Both the position numbers and the translations under genes were made by a program. Of a stretch of 23,382 bases of DNA, positions 1-8,882 are shown piece after piece. The DNA is from Fimbriimonadales bacterium (GTDB lineage Bacteria; Armatimonadota; Fimbriimonadia; Fimbriimonadales; JABRVX01). The notes under the pieces are model-generated. The model was not told the origin of the DNA. It did no database searches and was given only the letters and a program-made list of their open reading frames with translations. Numbering within the stretch: position 1 is the first letter of the stretch; the number at the start of each line of letters is the position of its first letter. The stretch spans positions 1 through 23,382 of the forward strand of contig BTVI01000043.1 in the NCBI GenBank assembly GCA_045862955.1, in the 5' to 3' direction.

Positions 1-1046
1 TCCCGCATTACGCTGGCGGGCAAAGCAGAAGTCAGGATGGACGCCGACACGGGGCGCCCGGGTGCTCTGGCTACGCGCAGTGCCGTCTGCGCCTCATCTA
101 TGAACTTCCGGCAGGTGCCTATGCCGTCTTCGTATTGCGGAAAGTCCTCGTACCACTTGCGCGGTGGGAAGGGCTTCCCCGCATAGAAGAACCACTCGTC
201 GGAAGGGAACAGGAATGCCGTACCTATGCGGGCTTGCATCTCGCTGCGCAATCCCTCTGCCTGGGCGAGCAAGTCCGAGGCGTATGCGGCATCCACGGGG
301 GCGAGCTCCGTCAGCCTCTCTCGATGCTTCGTGAGCCCAACGGGCACCACGGCCACCGAGAGCACACCCGCGTCTCGCCCAGACGCGCGCGGGTGCAAGG
401 CAGCCAGTTCACGGACGGTACGATCCAAAGCTTCGCCGTCGTTCCAACCCGGGCAAAGCACCACCTGCGCATGGCTGTCAATCCCGTTCTCGGCAAGGGC
501 AGCGAGTTGGTCGAGCACGGGCGCGGGTGCCTTTCGACCCAGCATCCGCCCCCTCAGATCGGGGTCCGTCGCGTGCACCGAGACGTACATCGGCGATAAC
601 CCTTCACGGCAGATTCGCTCGAACTCGCCTTCCTTTAGGTTGGTGAGCGTGACGTAGTTGCCGTGGAGGAAGGAGAGGCGGTAGTCATCGTCCATCAGAT
701 ACAGCGAGCGGCGCATTCGTTTGGGCATCTGATGGATGAAGCAGAACACGCACTTGTTGTTGCAGGTGTGAATCTTGTCGCCCAGCTCGAAGCGGAACTC
801 GATCCCTAGGTCCTCTCCGAACTCTCTTCGAACCGTGATATCGAGGCCGGTCTCACCACGGCGAACTCGCAGCACGAACTCGGGCTCCGCGCTCTCGTAC
901 CGAAACTGGATCACGTCCTGAAGCGGGGCGTCGTTGGCCGCCACTACGACGTCTCCCGCCCGCAGCCCCGCACGGTCGGCAGCGCTCCCCGGCACGACCT
1001 CGGCAATCTCGAGGCCTCCACCTTGAACTACGGCCCGTTCTGACAC
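1..1046 (-). CDS. PDZ-domain radical-SAM-like Fe-S protein, DUF512 family (3' end runs off the window)
   Basis: Not in the ORF track. Manual translation from GTG at 1046: MSERAVVQGGGLEIAEVVPGSAADRAGLRAGDVVVAAN (PDZ-like) ... IHTCNNKCVFCFIHQMPKRMRRSLYLMDDDYRLSFLHGNYVTLTNL ... LSPMYVSVHATDPDLR. The CxxxCxxC and DDDYRLSFLxGNYVTLTN motifs are typical of this family. Confidence 0.9.
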   Translation of the reverse strand, partial: MSERAVVQGGGLEIAEVVPGSAADRAGLRAGDVVVAANDAPLQDVIQFRYESAEPEFVLRVRRGETGLDITVRREFGEDLGIEFRFELGDKIHTCNNKCVFCFIHQMPKRMRRSLYLMDDDYRLSFLHGNYVTLTNLKEGEFERICREGLSPMYVSVHATDPDLRGRMLGRKAPAPVLDQLAALAENGIDSHAQVVLCPGWNDGEALDRTVRELAALHPRASGRDAGVLSVAVVPVGLTKHRERLTELAPVDAAYASDLLAQAEGLRSEMQARIGTAFLFPSDEWFFYAGKPFPPRKWYEDFPQYEDGIGTCRKFIDEAQTALRVARAPGRPVSASILTSALPASVMR

Positions 1047-1054
1047 GATGCGGC

Positions 1055-1060
1055 AGTATA
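1055..1060 (-). promoter_or_regulatory. Putative -10 box (TATACT) for a leaderless DUF512 transcript
   Basis: Minus strand reads TATACT-gccgcatc-GTG: 8 nt to the start codon, no SD. Confidence 0.5.
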
Positions 1061-1076
1061 CCGGGCCGTATGGGAG

Positions 1077-1082
1077 TACTCT
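1077..1082 (+). promoter_or_regulatory. Putative -10 box (TACTCT) for a leaderless tilS transcript
   Basis: TACTCT-atttcc-GTG: TANNNT 6 nt before the start. GGGAG at 1072-1076 is an alternative but distant SD. Confidence 0.35.
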
Positions 1083-1088
1083 ATTTCC

Positions 1089-2492
1089 GTGCCCGATGTA
1101 GTCGAGGCGGTTCGTGAATTCTGGCGCTTCCACGGGCTCCGGCCCGGTGGCGTGGTCGTGGGGTTCTCCGGAGGGGCCGACTCCACGGCGCTGCTGTACG
1201 CCTTGTGTGCCCTGGCGTCCGAGCTGGGCGTGCAACCCATCGCTGCACATCTACACCACGGGATGCGTGGGGAAGAGGCCGACGCAGACGCCGAGCACTG
1301 TGCCGGAGCCGCTCGGAAGCTCGGCGTGCCGTTTCACATGCGGAGAACCGACGTCATCGAGCTCGCCGCAGAGCGCAAACTGAACATCGAGGAAGCAGGG
1401 CGCGCCGCGCGGTACGAGTTTCTGGAGGCAGTACGGCAAGAGGCCCGAGCCGACTACATCGCCACGGGGCACACCCTGGACGACCACGCAGAAACCGTGA
1501 TCATGCACTTGATGCGGGGCACCGGTCTGCGAGGGCTACGAGGCATAGCCCCCGTCCGTGGAGCGCTGCTGCGGCCACTGCTCGCCGTCACGCGTGCTCA
1601 GACCGCCCTGTACTGCGAGAGCAACGGCCTGCGGCCGGTGGTGGATCGCACCAACTTCGAGCTCGGCCGAGAGAGGGCCGGACTACGGCATCGCCTGGCC
1701 ACCGCGGTTACCGAGAGCTACAAGGAAAGCTCCTTCCGCTCCATCGCCCGTTTATCCGAGATCATCGCAGCGGAGGACGAGTTGCTCGGCGCACTGACGG
1801 ACGCGGTGTTCGATTCGCTGAAACTACCGCAGCCTTCTTGGGTCGAGTGCCTCGGCATCCGCCCGCTGGAGGTGGTGCTGAAGGGAGAAGGGCTGAGGAC
1901 TCAGCCCATCGCGCTGCAGCGGCGTCTGATCCTTCGCGCCGTAGGAAGCCTGCAGCCGTGCCACGAGGCTGGATTCGAGTTCGTGGAGGCGGTTCGGACG
2001 GCGTTGGCCCGTGGGTGCCGGGCCGGGTTCAGTGTGCCCAATAGCGATGTTGCTGTCATCGTCGGTCTCCACACTCTGCGCGTGTGCATGAACACGGAAC
2101 CCGAAAAGTACCGACTGCCCCTCGTGCCCGGTCGTGCCGTGCGTGTTCCCGTCTTAGACTTCGACCTCGTGCTGCGCGAGGGGCCGTCCAGCCCGTCCCG
2201 AAGCACCCCGGAGGCATCTCTCGACCGACAATTACTGGTGGGTGACCTCTACGTCGAGCCCTATGCCCCGGCAAAGTACCGTCCCGTCGGTGGGAAGGCC
2301 GCGAGGCCCGTCAAAGATCTGCTGCGGGAAGCCGCTGTGCCGGAGCGGATGCGTCGTCATATCCCGGTTGTCCACGACGAGTTGGGGCCCGTGTGGGCAT
2401 TCGGTTGCAGACCCGCTGAACGGGCGGCAGCTACGTCGCGAACGACGGCAAGCCTGCTGATTTCTGGCGTGCCGAAGGACCCGGCGGTATAA
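1089..2492 (+). CDS. tilS: tRNA(Ile)-lysidine synthetase
   Basis: PP-loop VGFSGGADS, HLHHGMRG, EEAGRAARY, TGHTLDDHAET and RPLL motifs. C-terminal KDLLREAAVPERMRRHIPVV resembles TilS_C. Lies directly upstream of ftsH. Confidence 0.95.
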   Translation: MPDVVEAVREFWRFHGLRPGGVVVGFSGGADSTALLYALCALASELGVQPIAAHLHHGMRGEEADADAEHCAGAARKLGVPFHMRRTDVIELAAERKLNIEEAGRAARYEFLEAVRQEARADYIATGHTLDDHAETVIMHLMRGTGLRGLRGIAPVRGALLRPLLAVTRAQTALYCESNGLRPVVDRTNFELGRERAGLRHRLATAVTESYKESSFRSIARLSEIIAAEDELLGALTDAVFDSLKLPQPSWVECLGIRPLEVVLKGEGLRTQPIALQRRLILRAVGSLQPCHEAGFEFVEAVRTALARGCRAGFSVPNSDVAVIVGLHTLRVCMNTEPEKYRLPLVPGRAVRVPVLDFDLVLREGPSSPSRSTPEASLDRQLLVGDLYVEPYAPAKYRPVGGKAARPVKDLLREAAVPERMRRHIPVVHDELGPVWAFGCRPAERAAATSRTTASLLISGVPKDPAV

Positions 2493-2493
2493 T
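2488..2493 (+). promoter_or_regulatory. Consensus -10 box (TATAAT) overlapping the tilS stop codon, probable ftsH promoter
   Basis: ggcggTATAATgccc, where TAA 2490-2492 is the tilS stop. About 90 nt upstream of ftsH. No clear -35. Confidence 0.5.
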
Positions 2494-2585
2494 GCCCGCG
2501 CGCGCAAGCGGGTGACCTGCGTAACCGTCGTGCCTCGCGGTACGTACGAGAAAATGGGTGTACGTCTCGCCTGGCGGAGGTGTTT

Positions 2586-4526
2586 TTGAGTCGGAGCGCT
2601 AGAACCTTTTTCATATTGGCTGCCGTTGGTATCGTGCTCTTTTACGTGTTCATATCCGGTAAGGGCGGTGTCGGCGCTTTCGGGAACCACGTAACCGAGA
2701 TATCCCAGGCAAACCTCATCGAGTACCTCAACAACGGGAGCATCAAGAACGGCGAGATTTCCAACGACACTTTCACCGGCACGCTGAAAGACGGCACCAA
2801 GATTCGGGCTCGCGTCCGGTACCCGTACTCCGACGAGCTGAACGCGGCACTGGATAAGTCGCCTCAGGTGAAGGCAGTAGGTTCGCCACTGTCGGAAGCA
2901 TGGCTGCCCCTGCTCACGTCGCTCATGCTGCCGATAGGCCTAGCGCTCGCCTTCTGGTTCTTCATCTTCCGACCAGCTCAGCAGTCGGGAAACCAGGCGC
3001 TGTCGTTCGGCCGAAGCCGAGCACGGCGATTGGGGGAGAACGTTCCCAAGACGACCTTCGCCGACGTTGCGGGCGTGGAAGAGGCCAAGCAGGAGCTCAG
3101 CGAGATCGTTGACTTCCTGCGCAATCAGAAGAAGTACGTTGCCGTCGGCGCGAAGATCCCGAAAGGGGTACTGTTGCTCGGCCCTCCGGGATGCGGCAAG
3201 ACGCTGCTCGCACGGGCGGTGGCCGGTGAAGCGGGAGTGCCGTTCTTCCACATCTCGGGCTCCGACTTCGTGGAGATGTTCGTGGGCGTCGGCGCGGCGC
3301 GCGTGCGCGACCTGTTCGAGACCGCCAAGGCCCACCGCCCTAGCCTTATCTTCGTTGACGAAATCGACGCCGTGGGACGACAGCGAGGAGCCGGTCTCGG
3401 CGGTGGGCACGACGAGCGCGAGCAGACGCTGAACCAGCTGTTGGTAGAGATGGACGGCTTCGACCCGAACATCGGTGTCATCCTGCTTGCGGCGACGAAC
3501 CGGCCTGACGTGCTGGATCCCGCGCTCCTTCGCCCCGGACGCTTCGACCGACAGGTGGTAGTGGATGCGCCGGACCAACTCGGTCGTGAGGCCATCCTCA
3601 AAGTGCACGCGAAGGGCAAACCGCTCGCCGACGATGTGGACCTGTCCGTGCTCGCGAAGCGCACGTCCGGCATGACCGGCGCCGACCTCGCGAACGTGCT
3701 CAATGAAGCAGCGCTTCTAGCCGCACGCAAGGACCAGACCGAGATTCGAATGCAGAACGTGGAAGAGGCGCTCGACCGCGTCATCGCAGGACCGGAGCGC
3801 TCGAGCCGCGTGCTGGACCCGAAGGAGCGCGAGGTCATCGCCTACCACGAAGCGGGCCACGCGATCGTCGGGGAGATGATGGAACACGGCGACCGCGTGT
3901 ACAAGATCACGATCTTGCCACGCGGCCTGAGCCTCGGCTCCACCTGGATGCTGCCAGAGCGCGATCGCCACAACCGCTCACGCAGCGAGCTGCTAGACAT
4001 GATCACGGGCCTGCTAGGCGGGCGCATCGCCGAAGAGCTGGTGTTCAACGAGACCACCACGGGCGCGCGGGAAGACCTGCAGCGGGTGACGGAGTTGGCA
4101 CGCGCAATGGTCTGCGAGTACGGCATGAGCGAGAAGCTCGGCACGCTCACCTTCGGACGGCGGCACGGTAACCCGTTCCTGGGCCGCGACATCATGGAAG
4201 ACCGCAACTTTAGCGAAGACGTTGCGCGTGCCATCGACCAGGAAGTGCGCGAGATCGTGGACAGTTGCCATCGCAGGGCCACGGAAATCCTGATTGCGAA
4301 TCGCGACAAACTCGACGAGCTGGTGAAGGCGCTGCTGGAGAAGGAGACGATAGGGCGCGAGGAGTTCCTAGCGATCCTGAAAGGGGCCGTTACACCCGAG
4401 GGCACCAGGGTCGAGCAGCGGCTGGCCGGTGCGGAGAGCCCCGCCCCGGCGGACGAGACTGAGGCCGAGGACGCGAGTGTGCGCGTAAAGCAACCTCGCC
4501 CCGGTCTAGAGCCCGGCCCAGCCTAA
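2586..4526 (+). CDS. ftsH: ATP-dependent zinc metalloprotease FtsH
   Basis: Two N-terminal TM segments, Walker A GPPGCGKT, Walker [31 protein letters not shown], zinc motif HEAGH. Start placed at TTG 2586 because GGAGG (2576-2580) overlaps the ORF-track GTG at 2580. Confidence 0.97.
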   Translation: MSRSARTFFILAAVGIVLFYVFISGKGGVGAFGNHVTEISQANLIEYLNNGSIKNGEISNDTFTGTLKDGTKIRARVRYPYSDELNAALDKSPQVKAVGSPLSEAWLPLLTSLMLPIGLALAFWFFIFRPAQQSGNQALSFGRSRARRLGENVPKTTFADVAGVEEAKQELSEIVDFLRNQKKYVAVGAKIPKGVLLLGPPGCGKTLLARAVAGEAGVPFFHISGSDFVEMFVGVGAARVRDLFETAKAHRPSLIFVDEIDAVGRQRGAGLGGGHDEREQTLNQLLVEMDGFDPNIGVILLAATNRPDVLDPALLRPGRFDRQVVVDAPDQLGREAILKVHAKGKPLADDVDLSVLAKRTSGMTGADLANVLNEAALLAARKDQTEIRMQNVEEALDRVIAGPERSSRVLDPKEREVIAYHEAGHAIVGEMMEHGDRVYKITILPRGLSLGSTWMLPERDRHNRSRSELLDMITGLLGGRIAEELVFNETTTGAREDLQRVTELARAMVCEYGMSEKLGTLTFGRRHGNPFLGRDIMEDRNFSEDVARAIDQEVREIVDSCHRRATEILIANRDKLDELVKALLEKETIGREEFLAILKGAVTPEGTRVEQRLAGAESPAPADETEAEDASVRVKQPRPGLEPGPA

Positions 4527-4543
4527 AGAGCCCAAAGGGCTCT
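4527..4543 (+). terminator. Hairpin immediately after the ftsH stop (possible terminator or 3' stabiliser)
   Basis: AGAGCCC-aaa-GGGCTCT, a 7-bp perfect stem with no real U-tract. Confidence 0.3.
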
Positions 4544-4720
4544 CACCGCCGCGGGAACATGTTTCCGGGCAACGTAGCTTCGCCGTCCCGGCGGTTGGCC
4601 TCGCGTCTCCGCCGCCGCACTTCGCGCTCGAAGTCCGTGTCAGAAGACAGCGGCACGAACTCCGATCCTCGGTTTGGGCTTGCAGCAGGGCTCTGATTTT
4701 CTCGTCACGACGCCGACGGG

Positions 4721-4948
4721 TTAGAGGACGACGGCGCGCGGAGGGAGCCCGGAACTGCGAGGGAGCGCGGAGCGTGGCCAGCGGGTCACCTGCCTGGTCG
4801 GGGCCTCTTGTTCGCAGTCAATCAGCCACATAGAGCCTATTCCGACCCAGTAATCACCAATCTGCTGGAGTGGTTCCTGTGGCCCGTAACCTCCATCGGT
4901 GACACAATGGCCGCACGGCTCCTGCTGCGCCCAGACGGTGCCGGCCAT
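4721..4948 (-). CDS. Possible small hypothetical protein or gene remnant (75 aa)
   Basis: ATG 6 nt after the permease stop. The first ~45 aa look protein-like (CGHC, DGGYGP, IGDYWVG), while the tail is R/P/S-rich like off-frame sequence. Confidence 0.25.
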   Translation of the reverse strand: MAGTVWAQQEPCGHCVTDGGYGPQEPLQQIGDYWVGIGSMWLIDCEQEAPTRQVTRWPRSALPRSSGLPPRAVVL

Positions 4949-4954
4949 GTCTTC

Positions 4955-6325
4955 CTATCGCCCGCCCATGCCGGTGAGGGTAACACCCTCGATGAAGTAT
5001 CGCTGAGCGAAGAAGAACACCAGTACGACCGGCAGCATGACCATAGTAGTAGCGGCCATGAGAGCGCCGGGGTCACCACCGTGAGAACTCTGGAAGAGCT
5101 GCAGCGCATAGGAGACGGGCATTCGCTCCGGTGAGTTGATGTAGATCAGCGGTCCCATGAAGTTGTTCCAGGTCCCCGTGAAGGTCCAGATGGCCACTGC
5201 CGCCAGTGCGGGCCGCACCTGTGGTAGCATGATGGACCAATACGTCTGAAGGTAACCGCATCCATCGATCCTCGCGGCCTCCTCTAACTCCGTTGGCACG
5301 GTTAGAAAGAACTGTCGGAGCAGAAAGATGTTGAACGCCGACCCGAACAGCGATGGCACCCACAGCGGATACAGCGTATCAACCCACCCTAACGATCGGA
5401 AGATGAGGAACACTGGTAGCATCGTCACTGCGCCCGGCAGCATCAGTGTCGCCAGTAGCATCAGAAAGATGGCATCCCGACCAGGGAATCGCAGCCGCGC
5501 AAATGCGTAGCCCACGATGGAGCTGGCTAGCAACGTGCCCGCCATGTTCAGCGCCACCAAGAGCAGCGTGTTGAACACGTAAACGGTGCCATACACCGTT
5601 TCTTCGGGCAGGCTGCGAACGGCACGGGCGTAGTTCTCCCATTTCAGGCCCACCTCGCGAATGTTCTCGGTCTCTCCGGTGCGCGCCGTATACCGCCTGC
5701 CAGCAAGCCGCTCGGGCTCCAGAATCTGGATGGTGCGGCGACCGTCTGCGAACTCGCGGACCGCTGCACCCTTGATCCGAACTCCCTGGTACTGGCCAGT
5801 AACGAGTGCCGCCCGACGTCCATCGATCTGCACGTACTGCTGAACGCGAGGGACCCAAACTGGTGGCACCTTCGCCATGTCCACGTCCTCCTTGAACGAG
5901 GTGACAATCAGCCAGGCGAAGGGTATGCCGAACACTACCAACCCAGCCGACAGCACGATGTGCAGCAGGCTATCCAGCGCCGCACCTCGTGTCGCGTGCA
6001 ATCCTCTCCGCGATCTCCTAGCCGCAAAGATGGCTCCAAGTAGCGTACCGAGAAGAGCCAGTGCCCCGATTGCTATCGAGATGGAGTAGTTCTTATGGGA
6101 AGTGTGAATCCAGTACCCGAATCGCGCAGGCTCACCGGGTGGCGATGATACTAACACCCCGAGCGCTGCGGTCACCAATACGACACCGGCCGCCCCGGAG
6201 ATTAGGAACACCCAGCTCCATCGCCCGATGACTCCCCTGCTGCCGATGCCCGCCCATCCGGTCAGCCAAAGTGCGAAAACTAAGAAGAGCGAGGTCACAG
6301 GGATGAGGGCACTATGGAGCGTCAT
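4955..6325 (-). CDS. Carbohydrate (CUT1) ABC transporter permease, MalG-like, with extra N-terminal TM region
   Basis: EAA loop ELEEAARIDGC, GYAFARLRFPGR, WNNFMGPLIY, FFFAQRYFIEG. Start set to ATG 6325, which forms an ATGA overlap with the upstream stop (456 aa). Confidence 0.92.
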   Translation of the reverse strand: MTLHSALIPVTSLFLVFALWLTGWAGIGSRGVIGRWSWVFLISGAAGVVLVTAALGVLVSSPPGEPARFGYWIHTSHKNYSISIAIGALALLGTLLGAIFAARRSRRGLHATRGAALDSLLHIVLSAGLVVFGIPFAWLIVTSFKEDVDMAKVPPVWVPRVQQYVQIDGRRAALVTGQYQGVRIKGAAVREFADGRRTIQILEPERLAGRRYTARTGETENIREVGLKWENYARAVRSLPEETVYGTVYVFNTLLLVALNMAGTLLASSIVGYAFARLRFPGRDAIFLMLLATLMLPGAVTMLPVFLIFRSLGWVDTLYPLWVPSLFGSAFNIFLLRQFFLTVPTELEEAARIDGCGYLQTYWSIMLPQVRPALAAVAIWTFTGTWNNFMGPLIYINSPERMPVSYALQLFQSSHGGDPGALMAATTMVMLPVVLVFFFAQRYFIEGVTLTGMGGR

Positions 6326-8763
6326 TCCTTCGCCTTCGCCCCCTCGTAGTACACCCATCGCGGCGCCAGCTTCAGCTGGATCACCGTGAGGGCCAGCACT
6401 ACCACGAAAAGCACCCATGCAATAGCAGACGCGTAGCCCATGCGGAAGTACTTGAAGCCGTTATCGAACAGATAGAACACGGGTACCAGCAGGCTATCTA
6501 CGGGCCCTACTCCCTCGGAACCCGGAGGGCGCATGATGTAGATTCGGTCGAACTCCTGGAGCGCGCCGATCGAGCCCATGATCACGTTGAAGAACAGATA
6601 AGGTGATATCTGTGGTAGCGTGATCTTTCGGAAACACTGCCACGAGGTAGCACCATCTATGCGAGCGGCTTCGTACAACTGCTTGGGCACGCCCTGTAGT
6701 CCTGCGAGCCACAGCACCATGCCGCCGCCTGCGCCCCACAGACCCATTACGATCAGCGCCGGTTTGGACCAGGTGGCAGAGGAGAGCCAACCCGGCAAGT
6801 CGCCCGACCATACCACTCTCAGCGCCGCGTTCAGGAGTCCCTTCTCCGGATCGCCCGATAGCACCCAGGCCCACAGCACGCCGGCGGCAACGATAGGTGC
6901 TACCGCAGGAATATAGAACCCCGTGCGATACACCCTCATGCCACGCACGCCGGTGTTTAGCAGCATGGCAATCGCAAGCCCCGTCACGAGGTTCAGCGGC
7001 ACACCGATCACTGCCAGGTAGAAGACGTTATACGCCGCCTTCCCGAACTTGGGCCAATCCGACGTGAACAGCTCCGCATAGTTGGCAGTGCCCACCCACC
7101 TCGCGGGGTGCATCGCATCGTAGTGGCAGAAGCTGAGCAAGATGGAGACCAAGATCGGGCCCGCCGTGAAGCAGACGAAACCGAGAGCCCAGGGGGTGAT
7201 GAACGCATAGCCCGCAAGCGCCTCACCTCGAGCGAGCCGGCTCATCCTTCGCGTCCTCAGCAACACGAACGCGATCCCACCCAGAGCGCCACCGATCACG
7301 AGCCCCGCCACGGCGTCTATGGCTGCGGCCGGCACCTCCGGGTGCCGCTCGATCTCCGCCACCCGGTCCAGCTCTCTCTGAACCGCGAGCTGACCGTTCC
7401 GCAGTGCGGCTGCAGGAGTCTGCACGTGGCGCACTGCCTGGTCGAACGCACGCACGTGCTCGTCCCACAGCTTCTGCCCAACGAACGTGACGGGGCGAAA
7501 CCGAGCGGTCGGGAGAAGATCGATGAACTGACGAAGCCCCGCCGCCAGGTTCTCGGACTCGGGACGGAACTCCCGATACAGCCGCTCCGTGGCGATGCGA
7601 TTGGCGCGAAACGTCATCACGTTGATGCGCCCGAGGCTCGCGTAGTACTCCCCTTGCACCCGTACATCCAGCACAGCCGACTCTGGGCTGGTCATCCATT
7701 TGATGAACTTCCAAGCGGCTTCCGCATTCTTGGAACCCGTGGGGATCGCGTACGAGAAGCCGCCACCCCAGGTGATAAAGGTGTCTTTCTCGTTGGCGAA
7801 CTCGCCGCGGCGATAGTAGCGGTCGTCCGGCACCGGCGCCGGCGCGACGCCGAAATCGAGCGTGGGTTTGTAGCGGGCGATGTGACCGAGCGACCAGCTC
7901 CCGTCTATCTTCATCGCCAGCTTGCCCGTGAGGAACGGGTCTAGTTCGTTCGCCTGGAAGCCCGACACGAAGCCCTCGATGCGCTCGATGCCGCCGAGCA
8001 TGTCGTACATCTCGACCATGAGCTCAAGGGCCTTCCGCGTGCGTGGGTTGTCCAGCGTGCACGTCTTCCCGTCCGGCGACATGAACTCGCCGTTCATCTG
8101 CCACGAGTAGAGGTAGAGCCACGAGTTCCCGAAGTTCGGGATGAAGCCGATCCGTTTGAACGTGCCGTCCGGCCTTCGCTCAGTGAGCGCGAGAGCATAG
8201 GCTTTCAGCTCGGACCAGGTCCTCGGCGGCCGGTTCGGGTCCAGTCCGGCTTTGCGGAGTTTCGGTGCGGCAGCCCGGAAAACCTCCCGGTTCCAATACA
8301 GCGCCCGGTCGTCCGTCCCCGCCGGAATCGCGTACACCTTGCCCTTGTAGACCGCTTCGCTCCAGGTCGCAGGATAGTAGTCTTCCTGCCGCGGGCACAT
8401 CGGATCGGCTCGGTCCCGCTCCAGGAATCGATCCAGAGGCTCGAAGGCACCGCGGCTCGCCCAATCGCCGATGGTGAACCGGTCCTGAAAGACGAGGTCC
8501 GGCGGTGACTTGCCGACGATGGCGGTCAGGAGCTTCTGGGGGTTCATCGAACCCGCACCCATCGAGAGGACCGAGACCTTGATCCCTGGGTTCCTGCGCT
8601 CGAACTCGCGGATCTGCGCTGCGAAGCCCTTATCCTCCTCGCCCAGGCTCATCCCCCAGACCCGGAGTTTGATCACATTGGGACCTGCCTCCGGCGGGCG
8701 CAACGCCAGAGCCGTGACCCAGAAAACAATCACCAGCCCGCCGACGAGCAGAAACCATCTCAT
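6322..8763 (-). CDS. Fusion of family-1 sugar-binding protein and MalF-like ABC permease (813 aa)
   Basis: N-terminal hydrophobic anchor, SBP motifs (YKGKVYAIP, ALYWNREVF, PPRTWSEL, FLTGKLAMKIDGSW, AAWKFIKWMTSPE), a linker TM, then permease motifs (AGYAFITPW, QLYEAARIDGA, MGYASAIAWVLF) in one uninterrupted frame. Confidence 0.92.
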   Translation of the reverse strand: MRWFLLVGGLVIVFWVTALALRPPEAGPNVIKLRVWGMSLGEEDKGFAAQIREFERRNPGIKVSVLSMGAGSMNPQKLLTAIVGKSPPDLVFQDRFTIGDWASRGAFEPLDRFLERDRADPMCPRQEDYYPATWSEAVYKGKVYAIPAGTDDRALYWNREVFRAAAPKLRKAGLDPNRPPRTWSELKAYALALTERRPDGTFKRIGFIPNFGNSWLYLYSWQMNGEFMSPDGKTCTLDNPRTRKALELMVEMYDMLGGIERIEGFVSGFQANELDPFLTGKLAMKIDGSWSLGHIARYKPTLDFGVAPAPVPDDRYYRRGEFANEKDTFITWGGGFSYAIPTGSKNAEAAWKFIKWMTSPESAVLDVRVQGEYYASLGRINVMTFRANRIATERLYREFRPESENLAAGLRQFIDLLPTARFRPVTFVGQKLWDEHVRAFDQAVRHVQTPAAALRNGQLAVQRELDRVAEIERHPEVPAAAIDAVAGLVIGGALGGIAFVLLRTRRMSRLARGEALAGYAFITPWALGFVCFTAGPILVSILLSFCHYDAMHPARWVGTANYAELFTSDWPKFGKAAYNVFYLAVIGVPLNLVTGLAIAMLLNTGVRGMRVYRTGFYIPAVAPIVAAGVLWAWVLSGDPEKGLLNAALRVVWSGDLPGWLSSATWSKPALIVMGLWGAGGGMVLWLAGLQGVPKQLYEAARIDGATSWQCFRKITLPQISPYLFFNVIMGSIGALQEFDRIYIMRPPGSEGVGPVDSLLVPVFYLFDNGFKYFRMGYASAIAWVLFVVVLALTVIQLKLAPRWVYYEGAKAKE

Positions 8764-8771
8764 CGCCTACG

Positions 8772-8777
8772 ATTGTA
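8772..8777 (-). promoter_or_regulatory. Putative -10 box (TACAAT) for a leaderless ABC transcript
   Basis: Minus strand reads TACAAT-cgtaggcg-ATG: 8 nt to the start, no convincing SD. Confidence 0.55.
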
Positions 8778-8824
8778 GCCGCGAGCAAGCCCTCTGCGGT
8801 TGGACAGAGCGTCGGTCTCCCGCC

Positions 8825-8858
8825 AAGACAGCGGGCCCGCCCGTCGAGGGCGAGCCCG
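8825..8858 (-). terminator. Putative intrinsic terminator after the beta-barrel gene
   Basis: Minus strand CGGGCTCGCCC-tcgac-GGGCGGGCCCG (11 bp, one G-U) followed by CTGTCTT, about 25 nt after the stop. Confidence 0.6.
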
Positions 8859-8882
8859 ATACCTCAGCGAACGGGTCTCGAA

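Noticed and set aside
135..657. Plus-strand ORFs 135-599 and 226-657
   Set aside because: Antisense shadows of the DUF512 gene on the minus strand.
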